Position numbers and translations under genes: made by a program. DNA of 63,677 nucleotides, filler included, from Octopus bimaculoides (taxonomy: Eukaryota), in assembly GCF_001194135.2 (NCBI RefSeq). It is 7 parts of 6 records of this genome, joined end to end, with 100 filler letters (N's around TTAATTAATTAA, not from the genome) between each part and the next. Parts side by side here need not be neighbours in the genome. Positions count along the whole stretch, not along the records: positions 31,843 to 44,989 come from NC_068988.1; positions 45,090 to 52,061 come from NC_068982.1; 5 more parts are not named here. The stretch is one strand, 5' to 3'. Under the pieces are notes generated by a model. That model saw only the letters and a list, made by a program, of their open reading frames with translations, had not been told where the DNA came from and did not search any database. Within the stretch, counting starts at the first letter, position 1. The number at the start of each line of letters is the position of its first letter. Below are positions 38,947 to 51,570 of this stretch, piece after piece.

Positions 38947-39689
38947 CTGAAAATAAAAGATGAATAAAATCAAGAGGATACCTCACTGAGAGGAGACAAC
39001 AGGAGACGCAATAAGAAACCAGAGGTAGACAGGAAAGTAGGAGGAGAAACAGACACTGACAATGAGGTGGAGAATCAGAAATGGAGAGCGAGAGACAGAT
39101 GTCCCCCCTGATATTGCATAAATCGTTACAGCTGTATCACAGAACAATGGTTCATAAGTGGCTTAACTGTACTACAATTCATTTCGCCAACAGCAGCCAC
39201 CATTTTCTAAACATATTTTAAAAAGTGATAACGGAATAATGACTAATCTTATATAAAAAATAATATGAAACAGCGTTTAAGGATGGATTGAAGTATAGTT
39301 ATAGTTACTTTTATTTTTACTTGCCGACAAACGCCCAAATTCTTCCCAAAATACGACATACACTAAGAGATAGGATGAATAGCAAGCGACGTATTTATCG
39401 CGTCCATCTGAAAACCCTGAGAGTACAAATTGAAACAAAGACCCGTTCTCAGTTCTTCTGAATACGGTGACGTATACAGTTTACGAGAATGAGAATTTAA
39501 GGAAAGTTCTCCAAAATCAACCTTATGGTCTTTTTTTCGCAATTTCTCTTAGCCTCAGCACTCCTCACACAGTGATGCAGCTATAGAAAAATAAATTGAA
39601 CTCTTTGACAATTGGGTTTATCAGCACTTCATGGTATCGAAGTTTAAAAATATTGTTAGTTGACTTACTGTATCAATCTCCAAACACTT

Positions 39690-40000
39690 CTCTATTATTT
39701 CTCATACCTAAGCCTAGCATGTATGAAGTCATCAAATATATCTCAAGCAAATCATTAAACGTTACATTTTCCTACAGCATAATAGTCCTTACTCTTCAGA
39801 TCCTCTACCATCTTCAAATTAGTTGACTATAATAAATTCCCGCCACTTCTATGCATAAAATCTCTAGGGATGACAAAAAAATACAAACATTTAGGAATGT
39901 CAAAAAGTAGGACAACTTTAGGAAGACGATCATCTGCAAAACTGGAGAGTGCATTGAGACACTGAAATGGTTCAATCATGTCTGGTTTCAGAAAATTTTC
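39690..40000 (-). mobile_element. Degenerate RTE-type ORF2 tail in intron 2
   Basis: DDRLPKVVLLF and MVEDLKS motifs. Confidence 0.45.
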
Positions 40001-40639
40001 CTGGGTCTTGACATGTCTTTCTAAGTGAATCTACACTAAATTTAAGAAATCGACTTTTTAAAGATTTTTAAAACCAATATGGCTACTTGTGTCATTTCAA
40101 ATTTCATTGCATTTGCTGCCCATTTAGCTTCTAACGTTGTGCACAGATAATTTCTTACATGCACCCGCTCACATATACATGTACTCAAATATACATACAG
40201 ACACACATACACAGCTGCAGAAACACAAACACACAAAGGTTCTCATGAGCTTATAATGAAGTTTCAATGCAAGAAATAGCAGTAATATTTCAATAAAATT
40301 ACACTCTACACTCTTAAAAGAAGTGGACAGAGCGAAATCACAACAGCAATACCAACAGCATTTCAAACTACCTGGTTCCTTTCCGTCTGTTCCCTCACAA
40401 CATTCACATACATCACTGAACAATCGAACACCAGCGAGGCTCTTTACTAAAGCTGACAGAGTCACTTTCATATAATCAACCAATGCATTTCAGAGCTAGC
40501 TCTTGTCCTGATCAAGCTCTCCAATCTTTTCCTACTCCAATAATCTGTTCTAATCTGGATAATCCTGCGACGAGGACTACACTTCTCAAGAAGAGCCATC
40601 TCTTCTTGAGAACCAGCCTGCTAACAATCGTCGAAAGAC

Positions 40640-40830
40640 TCTTACTTCCAGCATCTCAAAATAGCAGAATACTGTAACGATTCTACAAATTCACAAATCT
40701 TGGAGTTGGGTTTATTGACTAAATCTAATCCAGCACTTGACTGGTACATTATTATATCGACCCTGGTTGGGGAAAATTTACCATTGACTCTGACGCTATT
40801 TGAACCCAGAACATTAAAGGTCGGAAGCAA
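40640..40830 (-). mobile_element. Old SINE family E copy
   Basis: ccagcacttgactggtacattattatatcgacc. Confidence 0.5.
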
Positions 40831-41421
40831 TACCCTACAATCTAATGATTTTGACTCTCATCCATTGTAATTTTCCTTCAATCCTAATCATCCTTTGTGA
40901 GAAATGACATATAATCAAAGATCTTCCAGTCTTCTAGTTTTCTCAAAATATTGCGTCTCAGAAAACGGTACCCTGTAGATAGATGCATTATGATTTGTGG
41001 CTTATTTGACTGCTATTCCCTGTTAATAAAATGACCACATAGAGGTTACCATGTTAGTTGAACGTTTTATTTAATAGGCCTTTGCTATCTTTCAGCTTTC
41101 TCAATAAAAGAATTAATCAAAGAAGGGTATTTGTGGAGGCATGCGCTTTTGTGAGTGATTATTTGTGCCTTGATTCCGTGATGCGTGCCAAAGAAAATGG
41201 TACAGAAAGACTTGTTTCAAAACAACACAGGAGTGAAAACTGGAACTTACTTGCCCATAAAGTTTAAACAATAACATCATCAGCAATAATGAGAAAATAA
41301 ATTACATACGCTATTACAATATCGACATGAAAAAATAAAAATACCTTCCAATATAACGGACCAACAATATTGAGACTGTTTATTAAATGACAACCATTTG
41401 GAAATTTAGAAAATGTATTAC

Positions 41422-41543
41422 CTTTTCAATAGGCAAACTGTCCCAGTATTTATAAATAGGACTCCTTTTAAACGAGATTTCGTTTATCTCAAATACCTTC
41501 TGCCAGCTTGTACCTGCATGGGTAATGAATAAGTACATTTTCA
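41422..41543 (-). CDS. PAN-domain secreted protein, coding exon 2
   Basis: Acceptor ctcttccttaacag, donor AAG/GTAATA; phase 1 to 0; (M)KMYLFITHAGTSWQKVFEINEISFKRSPIYKYWDSLPIEK. Confidence 0.75.
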
Positions 41544-42149
41544 CTGTTAAGGAAGAGACGAGATTTTAAAGTAAATTTTACCAAGATTTTAAAAGCAATA
41601 TATTAATATGTCATATGAAGCAGTGAAAATTACAGCAATGATTTAGAAATTATGATATTTGCAAATAGTTTTCTCCAGATTCATCTCGATTTTTTGATTT
41701 TTAGTTACTATTTAACATATTCCAGAATTTCATATTTAAAGAAAATGCTAGAACGTTGTTAGTATTGTTGCTATTTAGCACCGATTCAACCCTGATTGAG
41801 AAGTCTTATAGGAAAAGTTGTTCGAACCATGACTAGCCCGTCTATCTGTAATATATTTTCTATCTAGCATAATCCGATGTGTACCGTCCTTTTCAAGTTG
41901 ATACGATATAATTTGAAGGTGATTTGTCTGATATTTTTAGAAGGTCGGACGACTTGGGAAAGTATGTCCTTATGACGCATTAAATGAAATCGATGAAATA
42001 TTTTATTGAAAGAGTTATGAATCAAGACTAATTGATACACATTATTAGGATACAAGTCGTTAGTAAAAATGGAAAAAATGGAAACAAATCCTATAGACGC
42101 CATCTGCATGAAAAACAATTGTTCGTTTAATGTTATTATGTTTATGGTA

Positions 42150-42297
42150 TAAACGTCGCCGAGGTGGACTTTCCCTTTCATCCTTTCGGGATTGATAAAT
42201 TAAGTACCAGTTGCGTACTGGGGTCGATCTAATCGACTGGCCCCCTCTCCCAAAATTTCGGGCCTTGAGCCTAGAGTAGAAAGGAATATATTTAAGG
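42150..42297 (+). mobile_element. SINE family E 3' part
   Basis: cctttcatcctttcggg..taagtaccagttg..ggggtcgatctaatcgac. Confidence 0.75.
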
Positions 42298-42719
42298 TGG
42301 GAACATTAAAAAATTTTAACAAGAAATTATTAGGCTGTGAAGGAAAAATATTAGTTTTTGAATATTCAAAATTATTTCAGAAAGAACGGAAGTAAAGCAC
42401 TGATAATTTACGGTTTGTTTAGCACTTCATTAGCAACGTATGGTCTTGTACGCACTTTCCTAACTTTTAATGAGCAAATCACTAATTGGATGTACAAAAG
42501 TGATTGCTGTAGAGAACTACAATAGTTTAGAGAATAAATGAGAGAAGACATGTATGTGTAAACTATATGATTTATTAATATTAGTTATATAACTAGTTTT
42601 AGCCTTGAGTTCAAACCTTAATGGGAAACTTCCTTGTAACTTTCTTTAAAAGAACTGCTTTGTTATAATATCGCATATATTGAAGAATTAATTTTGTCGA
42701 AAATAAGTCATTTACTTCT

Positions 42720-43080
42720 TGGATTATTGTAACTGATTAAAGCATTACAAATGTCTGAATATCTGTAAGTCAGTCGGATAACCTTCTTCTGGATGCCGTC
42801 TTGGATATTTTGTGAATATCGCAGGAAAACCGTTTAATAAACGTGAGCAACAAAGCCTGCGTCTTACTTGTGTTTTGTAGAGAATTAATAACTTGCTAGA
42901 ACTGAATTATTTCTTGAATATAAAGAAAAACTACAAGCTTTAGGACAGAGCTTTGCCAAATTTAAACATGTAAAAGTGCCATGTGATATTATCTGGGATT
43001 TTAACACCTGGTCCCCATCGCTACTTTGAGGGCTTTAGTTTAGTCGTTTAGCTCTTGAGCAATGGAGTTTGTAAGCCAGA
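42720..43080 (-). mobile_element. Degenerate CR1/L2-like LINE tail
   Basis: ILYKTQVR motif and IQKK-like downstream motif. Confidence 0.35.
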
Positions 43081-43571
43081 AACTTGTCTAGTTGTGTGAA
43101 GAACACTGAACTACAAAAGCACAGATAGTAAGGTACATTTGTTTAATTCTGTATTTCTCTAACATTGCAAGCATAGAGAAGGATATGTTTATATAAATCA
43201 TTTCCTTGTCCTAATAGTGACACCGTTTAGAAAAGGTTAGAAATGGACTAAGTGGGTCATTGTAAAGAATACGCCGTATCTGAGGACAATAAAAAAAGAA
43301 GCCTCTTACTTCAGATATAGTTTCAGGAATGCTGTATGGATGCGGTAAATACGTGAAATAATCAAAGGTTAGAAGGGTTCGTATTGGTATTAATTCTCAT
43401 GGCTTCTTTGTGATGACTTTCTCTTACTTGCTATGTTTAATGATTGTGCTCTGATTATATTTTCAGAGTGTCTGTTCATGGAAACCTGGTCTACCCCATG
43501 TGCGGAGAAAGTGCATGTATAATGTATGTGTGTGAAACTTTAAAAATATGTGAAACATAGTATCAATATGT

Positions 43572-43886
43572 CGTGGCATTCCGTCAGTTACGACGACGTG
43601 GGTTCCAGTTGATCCGATCAACGGAACAGCCTGCTCGTGAAATTATCATGCAAGTGGCTGAGCACTCCACAGACACATATACATTTAACGTAGTTCTCGG
43701 GGAGATTCAGCGTGACATAGATTATGACAAAGCTGACCCTTTGAAATGCAGGTACAAAAGAAACAGGAAGAAAGAGTGAGAGAATGTTGTGGTGAAAGAT
43801 AACAGCAGGGTTCACCACCAGCCCCTGCCGAATCCTTGTGGAGCCTTAGGTGTTTTCGCTCAGTAAACACTCACATCGCCCGGTCT
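43572..43886 (-). mobile_element. SINE family B, lacking tRNA head
   Basis: Body collinear with 15733-16050. Confidence 0.85.
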
Positions 43887-44614
43887 ATCTATAACCTTAA
43901 ACTGACACACGTTTATCGTGTAGCAATCTCAGAAAAGAAAGGATGGCGAAATGAGGAACAGAGTTAAAAGCTGAGTCTAACAATGTAAGGAAATGTAATC
44001 AGTGGGTCTCATTAAATTATACCTAAATTGACAATGTATTGCAGCGAATCATCTAGTTACGGTTACATCACTGAATGAAATAGAAAGGTTTGTTTGTTTA
44101 TTTTATTTACCCATAGGAAGGGGTAACTATAACGAGACACACACCAGGAATTCCATTTATTTCCAAAGTAGAGCTACGGAAAATGCACTTTACATTCGAT
44201 GTGCCCGATTTCCTTGTTTATTTTAGATGGAAATATTTTACCCAATATTAATTTCTAACATGGACACAAAGCCATATATTTGGTAAGAGGATATTATCTT
44301 TCATAAGCGCCACCGTATATATTTGTATTTCTTTATACTCCCCAGAAAGAAGGACAAAATGATAACGAGTTTGGCAGAATTTGAACGATAAAAAGGACTT
44401 CACTAGGCGTTGCAATGTATCTTGATGGCTGTTTTAACTAATCCTGCCTGTTTTTCGCTCCTATATTTCGTTTAAAACTAAACAAAGAATTTCACGAATG
44501 TACAACAGTCAGGTGGTTAGATATATTGCAAGCGGTTAATGGTGGAAATGGAATACAAAAAGAAACAAAAGAAAACGAAAAATAAAACACATAAGTAAAA
44601 ACCGATTTACTCAC

Positions 44615-44942
44615 TGTTTCCCGAGAACCTTACATAAGATAAACAGCTGCAGGAATAATCCTGAATGTCTTCCGTGGAGAACAATTCATACATTTTGCAC
44701 AGTCCATCACAATAGCTAAAATAGCCACACTCCTCATTCATCATACACTGTAATGCACATTCTGTGACGGACGACGTATATCCGGTACGTACAATTGGAA
44801 GTTTCAAGCATTTTGACTCGGTTGTTTTCCTAAAAAGTTGTCCGTCATCGTTTGATGTACCAGTTCTCAAAATCGCGATAAAAATAATTGTGAAAACTTG
44901 CAGTCGACTGAGAATCATACGGGGTTGATTTGACGTTTTCAT
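44615..44942 (-). CDS. PAN-domain secreted protein, coding exon 1 (signal peptide and PAN/Apple-like domain)
   Basis: Hydrophobic LQVFTIIFIAIL; ECALQC-x5-CGYFSY-x4-C PAN pattern; acceptor tttttcag 2 nt before the ATG; donor GTGAGT. Confidence 0.85.
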
Positions 44943-45129
44943 TCCTGAAAAATATACAAGTATATATATATATATATATATATATATATNNNNNNNNNNN
45001 NNNNNNNNNNNNNNNNNNNNNNNNNNNNNNNNNTTAATTAATTAANNNNNNNNNNNNNNNNNNNNNNNNNNNNNNNNNNNNNNNNNNNNAAGATAACTCT
45101 TTGCGAAGTAACTTTCAGAAATTGATTTA

Positions 45130-45287
45130 AAAAATATATTGCATTTTTTATTAGATTCACGACTTTGGAAGTTCAAAAAAATATTTACTTCCGGTTTTCT
45201 AGCGTCAATGACGTCTATATCTCTATTTATATCTCTCTATCCATCTCTCTCAATCTATCACAATCTCTCCATATGTCTCTATCCATC

Positions 45288-45356
<69 letters not shown>

Positions 45357-46460
45357 TGTCTAAGTAGCTAGTTCCTTCTATCCCCCTTTCTCTATATCTC
45401 ACTCACTCTCTATTGTTTTCATTTTAAGTCCAATCACTATTGTTTTCACTGTAAGTTTTCAATCTCTATTTACAAACAGCAACGACAAATTACTGACAGA
45501 AAGAAGTTCACGATTACAGATGAAAGTAATTTCATACATAATTTACTGACAGAAGTAATTTAAAAAATTTCACTTCAACCTGTACACTTCGTTAAATTTG
45601 CCTTAAAATTTCTTATTTACTTTTGCAACGGTTTTGTGTTTTTCTGTTGTTAACGGTTTCTTCTGGTTCCTCCGATACTGACTCTTTGGTTCACTGACAA
45701 ATTTCACTTTAACCCATTCAATTCTATATTTTCCGTAAAAATTTCTTATTCACTTTCTGCCCGTCGTATTAAGAAATATAATTTCCGTTACACAGTTATT
45801 TTCATTTTTTACTATCTTCTGCGCCCGTGTATTTCTGTATACATATATAACCATACCTAGAAGGAAAGTATCAGATTTGTCTACAATGTCAAGGTCAGCC
45901 CAAAGAATGTCTCTGTCTAGGGAACGAGAGACAGCTGCCGAAAGGGAAGCATACCAAGAAGCGAACAGATTATACACTACAAAAGCCAGAGCATCTCAAA
46001 ATGAAGAACAGAGGTATGCGCAGTTGACAAGGAATAGGATCTCCACTGCAGAACAAAGAGCAGTTGCAACAGCTCAAAGAAGCAACTTTTATGAAGCAGC
46101 TTTCAATTATGATCCAGCAGTTCATTATGTAGATGACACTAGAGTTTCCATTGGTGCAATGACAATTGAGTGCATACATTGAAAAGCAAGGAATTGGCCT
46201 GGAGAAACACCTGCACTGTAAAAGGACGAACTCTCTGCAACCCCCCAACCTCCAGAGGCATTGAAGAAACTGTTGTCATCAACTGACCAAGATCCCAAGC
46301 ACTTTCAAAACAAAATTAGACGATACAACGCTGCACTACAGATGACATCATTTGGAGTTACAAGAGATTTAATTGAGCCAGGATTCATGCAGACCTTCAA
46401 GATCCAAGGTCAGATTTAACATCGGATTGGCTCTCTACTGCCTCTGTCAAATGAATTACT
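45130..46460 (+). mobile_element. Helitron 5' UTR and RepHel N-terminal pseudogene
   Basis: AFNYDP, IGAM, WPGET, PPEALKKLL, IRRYNAALQMTSFG, FKIQGQI*HRIGSLLP; ATG mutated to ATA; stops and a deletion. Confidence 0.9.
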
Positions 46461-46565
46461 AAAATTGGCCTTTCATTGTTTATAATCTGAACCTGTTTTT
46501 TGGTTACGAAATAAGCTACACGAAACGTGTTTTTGAATTACATGTGTTTACTTTATATACATATT

Positions 46566-46731
46566 ATAGGCGCAGGAGTGGCTGTGTGGTAAGTAGCTTG
46601 CTTACCAACCACATGTTTCCGGGTTCAGTCCCACTGTGTGGCACCTTGGGCAAGTGACTTCTACTATAGCCTCGGGTCGACCAAAGCCTTGTGAGTGGAT
46701 TTGGTAGACGGAAACTGAAAGAAGCCCGTCG
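46566..46731 (+). mobile_element. SINE family A head
   Basis: Near-consensus copy. Confidence 0.9.
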
Positions 46732-47549
46732 TATATATGTATATACATATATATATATATATATANNNNNNNNNNNNNNNNNNNNNNNNNNNNNNNNNNN
46801 NNNNNNNNNNNNNNNNNNNNNNNNNNNNNNNNNNNNNNNNNNNNNNNNNNNNNNNNNNNNNNNNNNNNNNNNNNNNNNNNNNNNNNNNNNNNNNNNNNNN
46901 NNNNNNNNNNNNNNNNNNNNNNNNNNNNNNNNNNNNNNNNNNNNNNNNNNNNNNNNNNNNNNNNNNNNNNNNNNNNNNNNNNNNNNNNNNNNNNNNNNNN
47001 NNNNNNNNNNNNNNNNNNNNNNNNNNNNNNNNNNNNNNNNNNNNNNNNNNNNNNNNNNNNNNNNNNNNNNNNNNNNNNNNNNNNNNNNNNNNNNNNNNNN
47101 NNNNNNNNNNNNNNNNNNNNNNNNNNNNNNNNNNNNNNNNNNNNNNNNNNNNNNNNNNNNNNNNNNNNNNNNNNNNNNNNNNNNNNNNNNNNNNNNNNNN
47201 NNNNNNNNNNNNNNNNNNNNNNNNNNNNNNNNNNNNNNNNNNNNNNNNNNNNNNNNNNNNNNNNNNNNATATATATATATATATATATATAATACAAAAT
47301 GGGGACAAGAACGCAAAACATCCAGACAGTTGGGTGATACAAAAAAGGGACAACAAAACATCCAGACAGACGATACAAAGAAAACAAGGACGGGTCATTC
47401 GGAGTTTTCTATCCTCGGTCGAGATCCAGATTATCTTTGCAATTTCGGCTGATTATACTCGAGATTGCTCCAATCTGGGCAGTCCCAAGGAAAAACTAAG
47501 ATAAGAGTATTAGATTCCTTGGAAGAAAGCGGCGAATGTATACGAAAAC

Positions 47550-47580
<31 letters not shown>

Positions 47581-47985
47581 TTATGTATGTATGTATGTAT
47601 GTATGTATGTATGTATGTATGTATGTGTGTGTGTATGCGCACACATGCACCAATGCACACATGCACACTAGACACACACGCAAGATACACACGCATTCAC
47701 GTGCGTCTTATGTTCTCCCCAAGAAAACTTACGTATAACAATTATGTATTTTATTGGCTTCGACTAAAAACTCATCACCCAGGTCACATGACAGAAGAAA
47801 AATCGTTTTTAAACGAAATAGAGATAAGTAAGCAGCATCATGAGAAGACGTTCCAAAACAGACACATTTGATTGGATGCTTGTTGCTTGTCGTTGACAGT
47901 TTCTCTTCTGTAGATCGAAATAGGCTTCTGACCATACTCCTCTCTAGTCATTAGGAGTTTACAATCAAAATATTAAGATCCAGCT

Positions 47986-48152
47986 CTGGGCCGGCCCTAG
48001 GGTTGCTGGCGCCCCGGACAAGCTGAACATCGGCGCCCTTACAAGTATAATTTTTTAAAACTTTCACAAAGAGAAAAACTGAAAATGTAGACTAAGAAGC
48101 ACATTGTGCCCCGTGCGACTGCTCGATTTGCTGGTACATTGAGCCGGCCTTT
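47986..48152. mobile_element. hAT-like mini-MITE
   Basis: TIRs ctgggccggccc and gagccggccttt; 8-bp TSD atccagct / atccagat. Confidence 0.55.
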
Positions 48153-48207
48153 ATCCAGATCCTCCGTATCATTGGGATTAATTAAGTTGTTTTTGAATTA
48201 ATCATGG

Positions 48208-48805
48208 GGATTTTTTTTAAAACGGGGGCCACATTTTTCATTAACGAAACACTTTGAAACTTGGAACACTGGTAGAATGTGTCATATAAAACATCTTTTT
48301 CTCTTAGTCTTCTTTAAAAAAAAAGAAATCCATAAATTATTCCATGTTAAAGTTGTCGTATTTCTGTAATTTCAACCAATCACTGACGTCCATTCAGCCG
48401 ATATACATTAAGTGCCGACTACATAAACAAACGATTCTGAAACAATTAACCCTAACCCTAACTCTAACCCTAACCCTAACCCTGGGGTTAGGGTTAGGGT
48501 TAGGGTTAGGGTTAAAGCAAATTTAAAATGAAAAAAGCAAATAAAACGAAGGTATGGAGATTAAATACGCTTTACATCGCTTAATGAGCCAAAGGAGTAA
48601 ATGTAAACAACTGAATACTTGTCAGTGAATGGTTGAAATTATCGAAATAAGACAATTTTTTACATGAAATAAATTCGAATACAAAAGTATTTTTCTGTTC
48701 TATAACACAAAATAGATAAGTATACGAAGTTTGAAAGTCTTTCGGTACCAAAAACACTACGTAAAACATTAATGAAAAATGTGGCCCCCGTTTTAAAAAA
48801 GATCC
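48208..48805. mobile_element. Complete 598-bp MITE with perfect 8-bp TSD (AATCATGG), possibly Merlin-like
   Basis: TIRs of about 37 bp starting GGAT; TSD at 48200-48207 and 48806-48813. Confidence 0.85.
48447..48514. repeat. Head-to-head (TAACCC)n / (GGGTTA)n telomere-like array inside the MITE
   Basis: Direct reading. Confidence 0.9.
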
Positions 48806-48924
48806 AATCATGGATTATCTCTTAGCTTCGAGATTCGATGATGTTATGGTTTATTTCTGGAATAATATTTTAGGGTAGGTGTGAAGAGTGGAATCTGGCC
48901 GGTTTGAATATAAAACAGGCAGAA

Positions 48925-49204
48925 AACCGGTCCTCCGTCGGTTACGACAATTAGGGTTCCAGTTGATCCAATGAACGGAACAGATTACTTGTGAAATTAA
49001 CGTACACGTGGCTAAGCACGTGTACCTTAGAGAGATTCAGTGTGACACAATAGACAAGGCTGGCCCCTTTTCAATCACAGGTACAACTCATATTTGACAA
49101 CTGAATGAAATGTCTTGTTTAAGGACAAAACATACCGCCTAGAATCGAACTCATGATCTTACGATCATGAGTCGAATGCCCTCACCACTAAGCCACGCGC
49201 CGTC
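48925..49204 (-). mobile_element. SINE family C (family B 3' body with a different head)
   Basis: gttccagttgatcc...gaatcgaactcatgatc...accactaagccacg. Confidence 0.7.
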
Positions 49205-50965
49205 ACTAACAGACATTGCTGGTTTAAATGCTAAACGATTTCAATGATTTTAAGAATTTCTCTAGTTTTATTGAAAATCTTGAAGTTTGTTCGTAAATTA
49301 TTATTATTGCTTATGGCTGCGGGTAAATGGAATTTCCAACAAAAAATTGTTATATTCGAACGAAAGTAAAACTATGACAACATTAGAATTTCAATAATTG
49401 GAAACAGTTTTTAAATTTAAGAAAAAAACAAAAACAAAACAAAAACATAGCCAGATAAATTATTTTTCATTGAAATACGTATAACAAAAGAAAGAAAAGT
49501 AAATAAGCAGATAAAATAAAAATTGCAGACAATAGAAGCTAAAGCAAAATATGTTCTTATGTTATGTTGAAGGAGAGAATGAACGAGACGACACAAGATG
49601 ACATATTCGAAGAAAATGTGATACGTTTGTCTTCAAACTGACAGACGTTTACGTTTTTCTCAAGTAAACTGGCAGCCATGTTTAAGATTGATTGAAAATG
49701 AATCACAAAATGAAATGTATTTATTCATTTANNNNNNNNNNNNNNNNNNNNNNNNNNNNNNNNNNNNNNNNNNNNNNNNNNNNNNNNNNNNNNNNNNNNN
49801 NNNNNNNNNNNNNNNNNNNNNNNNNNNNNNNNNNNNNNNNNNNNNNNNNNNNNNNNNNNNNNNNNNNNNNNNNNNNNNNNNNNNNNNNNNNNNNNNNNNN
49901 NNNNNNNNNNNNNNNNNNNNNNNNNNNNNNNNNNNNNNNNNNNNNNNNNNNNNNNNNNNNNNNNNNNNNNNNNNNNNNNNNNNNNTATATATATATATAT
50001 ATATTTGGAAAACCGAAACCAGTAGCTGAAACGAAATCATATTTTCAATGATAAAAAAATTAAATCAAATTAAGATATATACTCATATAAGGTATTCATT
50101 TAATCATTACTTTGAAACACAAACAGACGATAAGATTGTCTGATAGAGAGCGACCAGACGTACTAATAGTGGTTTTGTCTTAGGAAGTCTTGCCTGTTTA
50201 TAGATCTGTTTATATATTTCGTACTATTAACAGTTTTGCTTATCTGTAATTGTTTATTGAAAAACTGCTTAAATGAAGTTAGGTTGGTAATCTCGCTCGC
50301 TATCTCCTGAAATAGCGAATATTATCCAATTATTCTGTAGGTAAAGAATGAATAGTCTTACATATTTTAAACGAATTTAGCACAAGCTTTCTGCAAATTT
50401 GATTTTGATAAAATTACTTCTAGAAATAGATTCTTTGAGTGCATGCGCGTATGCTTCCGTATACGTACGAATCATAAGTGTGTACAGTGTGTGTGCACGC
50501 GCGTGTACACACACATATAATTATATTTTATGCATATAATGCATTATATAAATAATTTGAAATATTGGCATGTATGTATAGACGTATAGATGTATATGCA
50601 TATACATAGTGTGTAACGTACGAATGCACGCGTGTGTGTGTATGTGTGTGTGCGCGTGTCTTATGCATTTATATATGTATATAAGCGTATGTATGTACCA
50701 CATATATACCCGTGTGTATGTGAGTGATTGTGTGTGCCTCTATTTATGAATGTATGTCTACGTACGTCTTTATGTATGAATGTGTGCATGGCTCTATGTG
50801 GATAGGGGCGTAGATGTATATAAACCCACGGATACATACACATGCATAGAAACACGTGCATCTACGTTTACATGTACGTACGTTTCGGGTATGTATTCAC
50901 GTATTTATATGCATGTTTGTACGTATGCATATATGTAAGTATATACGTTTTATGTACGCATGTAT

Positions 50966-50996
<31 letters not shown>

Positions 50997-51027
50997 CGTG
51001 TGCGTGTGCGTGTGTGTTCTTGTGAAG

Positions 51028-51338
51028 GTGTGTGACTTTGTGGTACGGTATTCAGCTCACAATTTCAAGGTTGTGAGTTCGTTTCCCAGCTGTGCGTTGT
51101 GTCCTTCAGCAAGACACTTTATTTCACGTTGCTCCAATCCACTCAGCTGGCAAAAACGAGTTGTACCTGTATTTCAAAGGGTCAGCCTTGTCACACTCCG
51201 TGTCACGCTGAATCTCCCTGAGAACGACGTTAAGGGTACACGTGTCTGTGGAGTGCTCTGCCACTTGCGCGTTAATTTCACGAGCAGGCTGTTCCGTTGA
51301 TCGGATTAACTGGAACCCTCGTCGTCGTAACAAACGGA
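51028..51338 (+). mobile_element. SINE family C
   Basis: CORE-like head plus family B 3' body. Confidence 0.8.
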
Positions 51339-51570
51339 GGACCAGTTATGCAGAATCAGATCAATCATTTCCCCCATATCTAAAGAGGAAATCGAACCTG
51401 ATCACAACGATCGACATCTTGGAAATATTTATCGCTAAATCTGATATCGATCTCATGCCTTCACTTATGAAGGTCCGATGGCTTACTTGACCATTGGTCG
51501 TAGTCGTCCTAGGGTCAGCAACATCTTCCAGAGAGGATTAGCAATTATTTTTCTTACAGCTTATGTCTGC

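Noticed and set aside
39310-39408. Alternative internal exon candidate (ttttcag/ATGGACGCG..)
   Set aside because: Its best donor is in phase 1, incompatible with exon 3, and it has no family-like motifs.
41864-42181. Minus-strand 105-aa ORF (..KNIRQITFKLY..) considered as exon 2
   Set aside because: A phase-1 read from its acceptor hits a stop after 14 codons and there is no suitable donor; 41422-41543 fits both phases.
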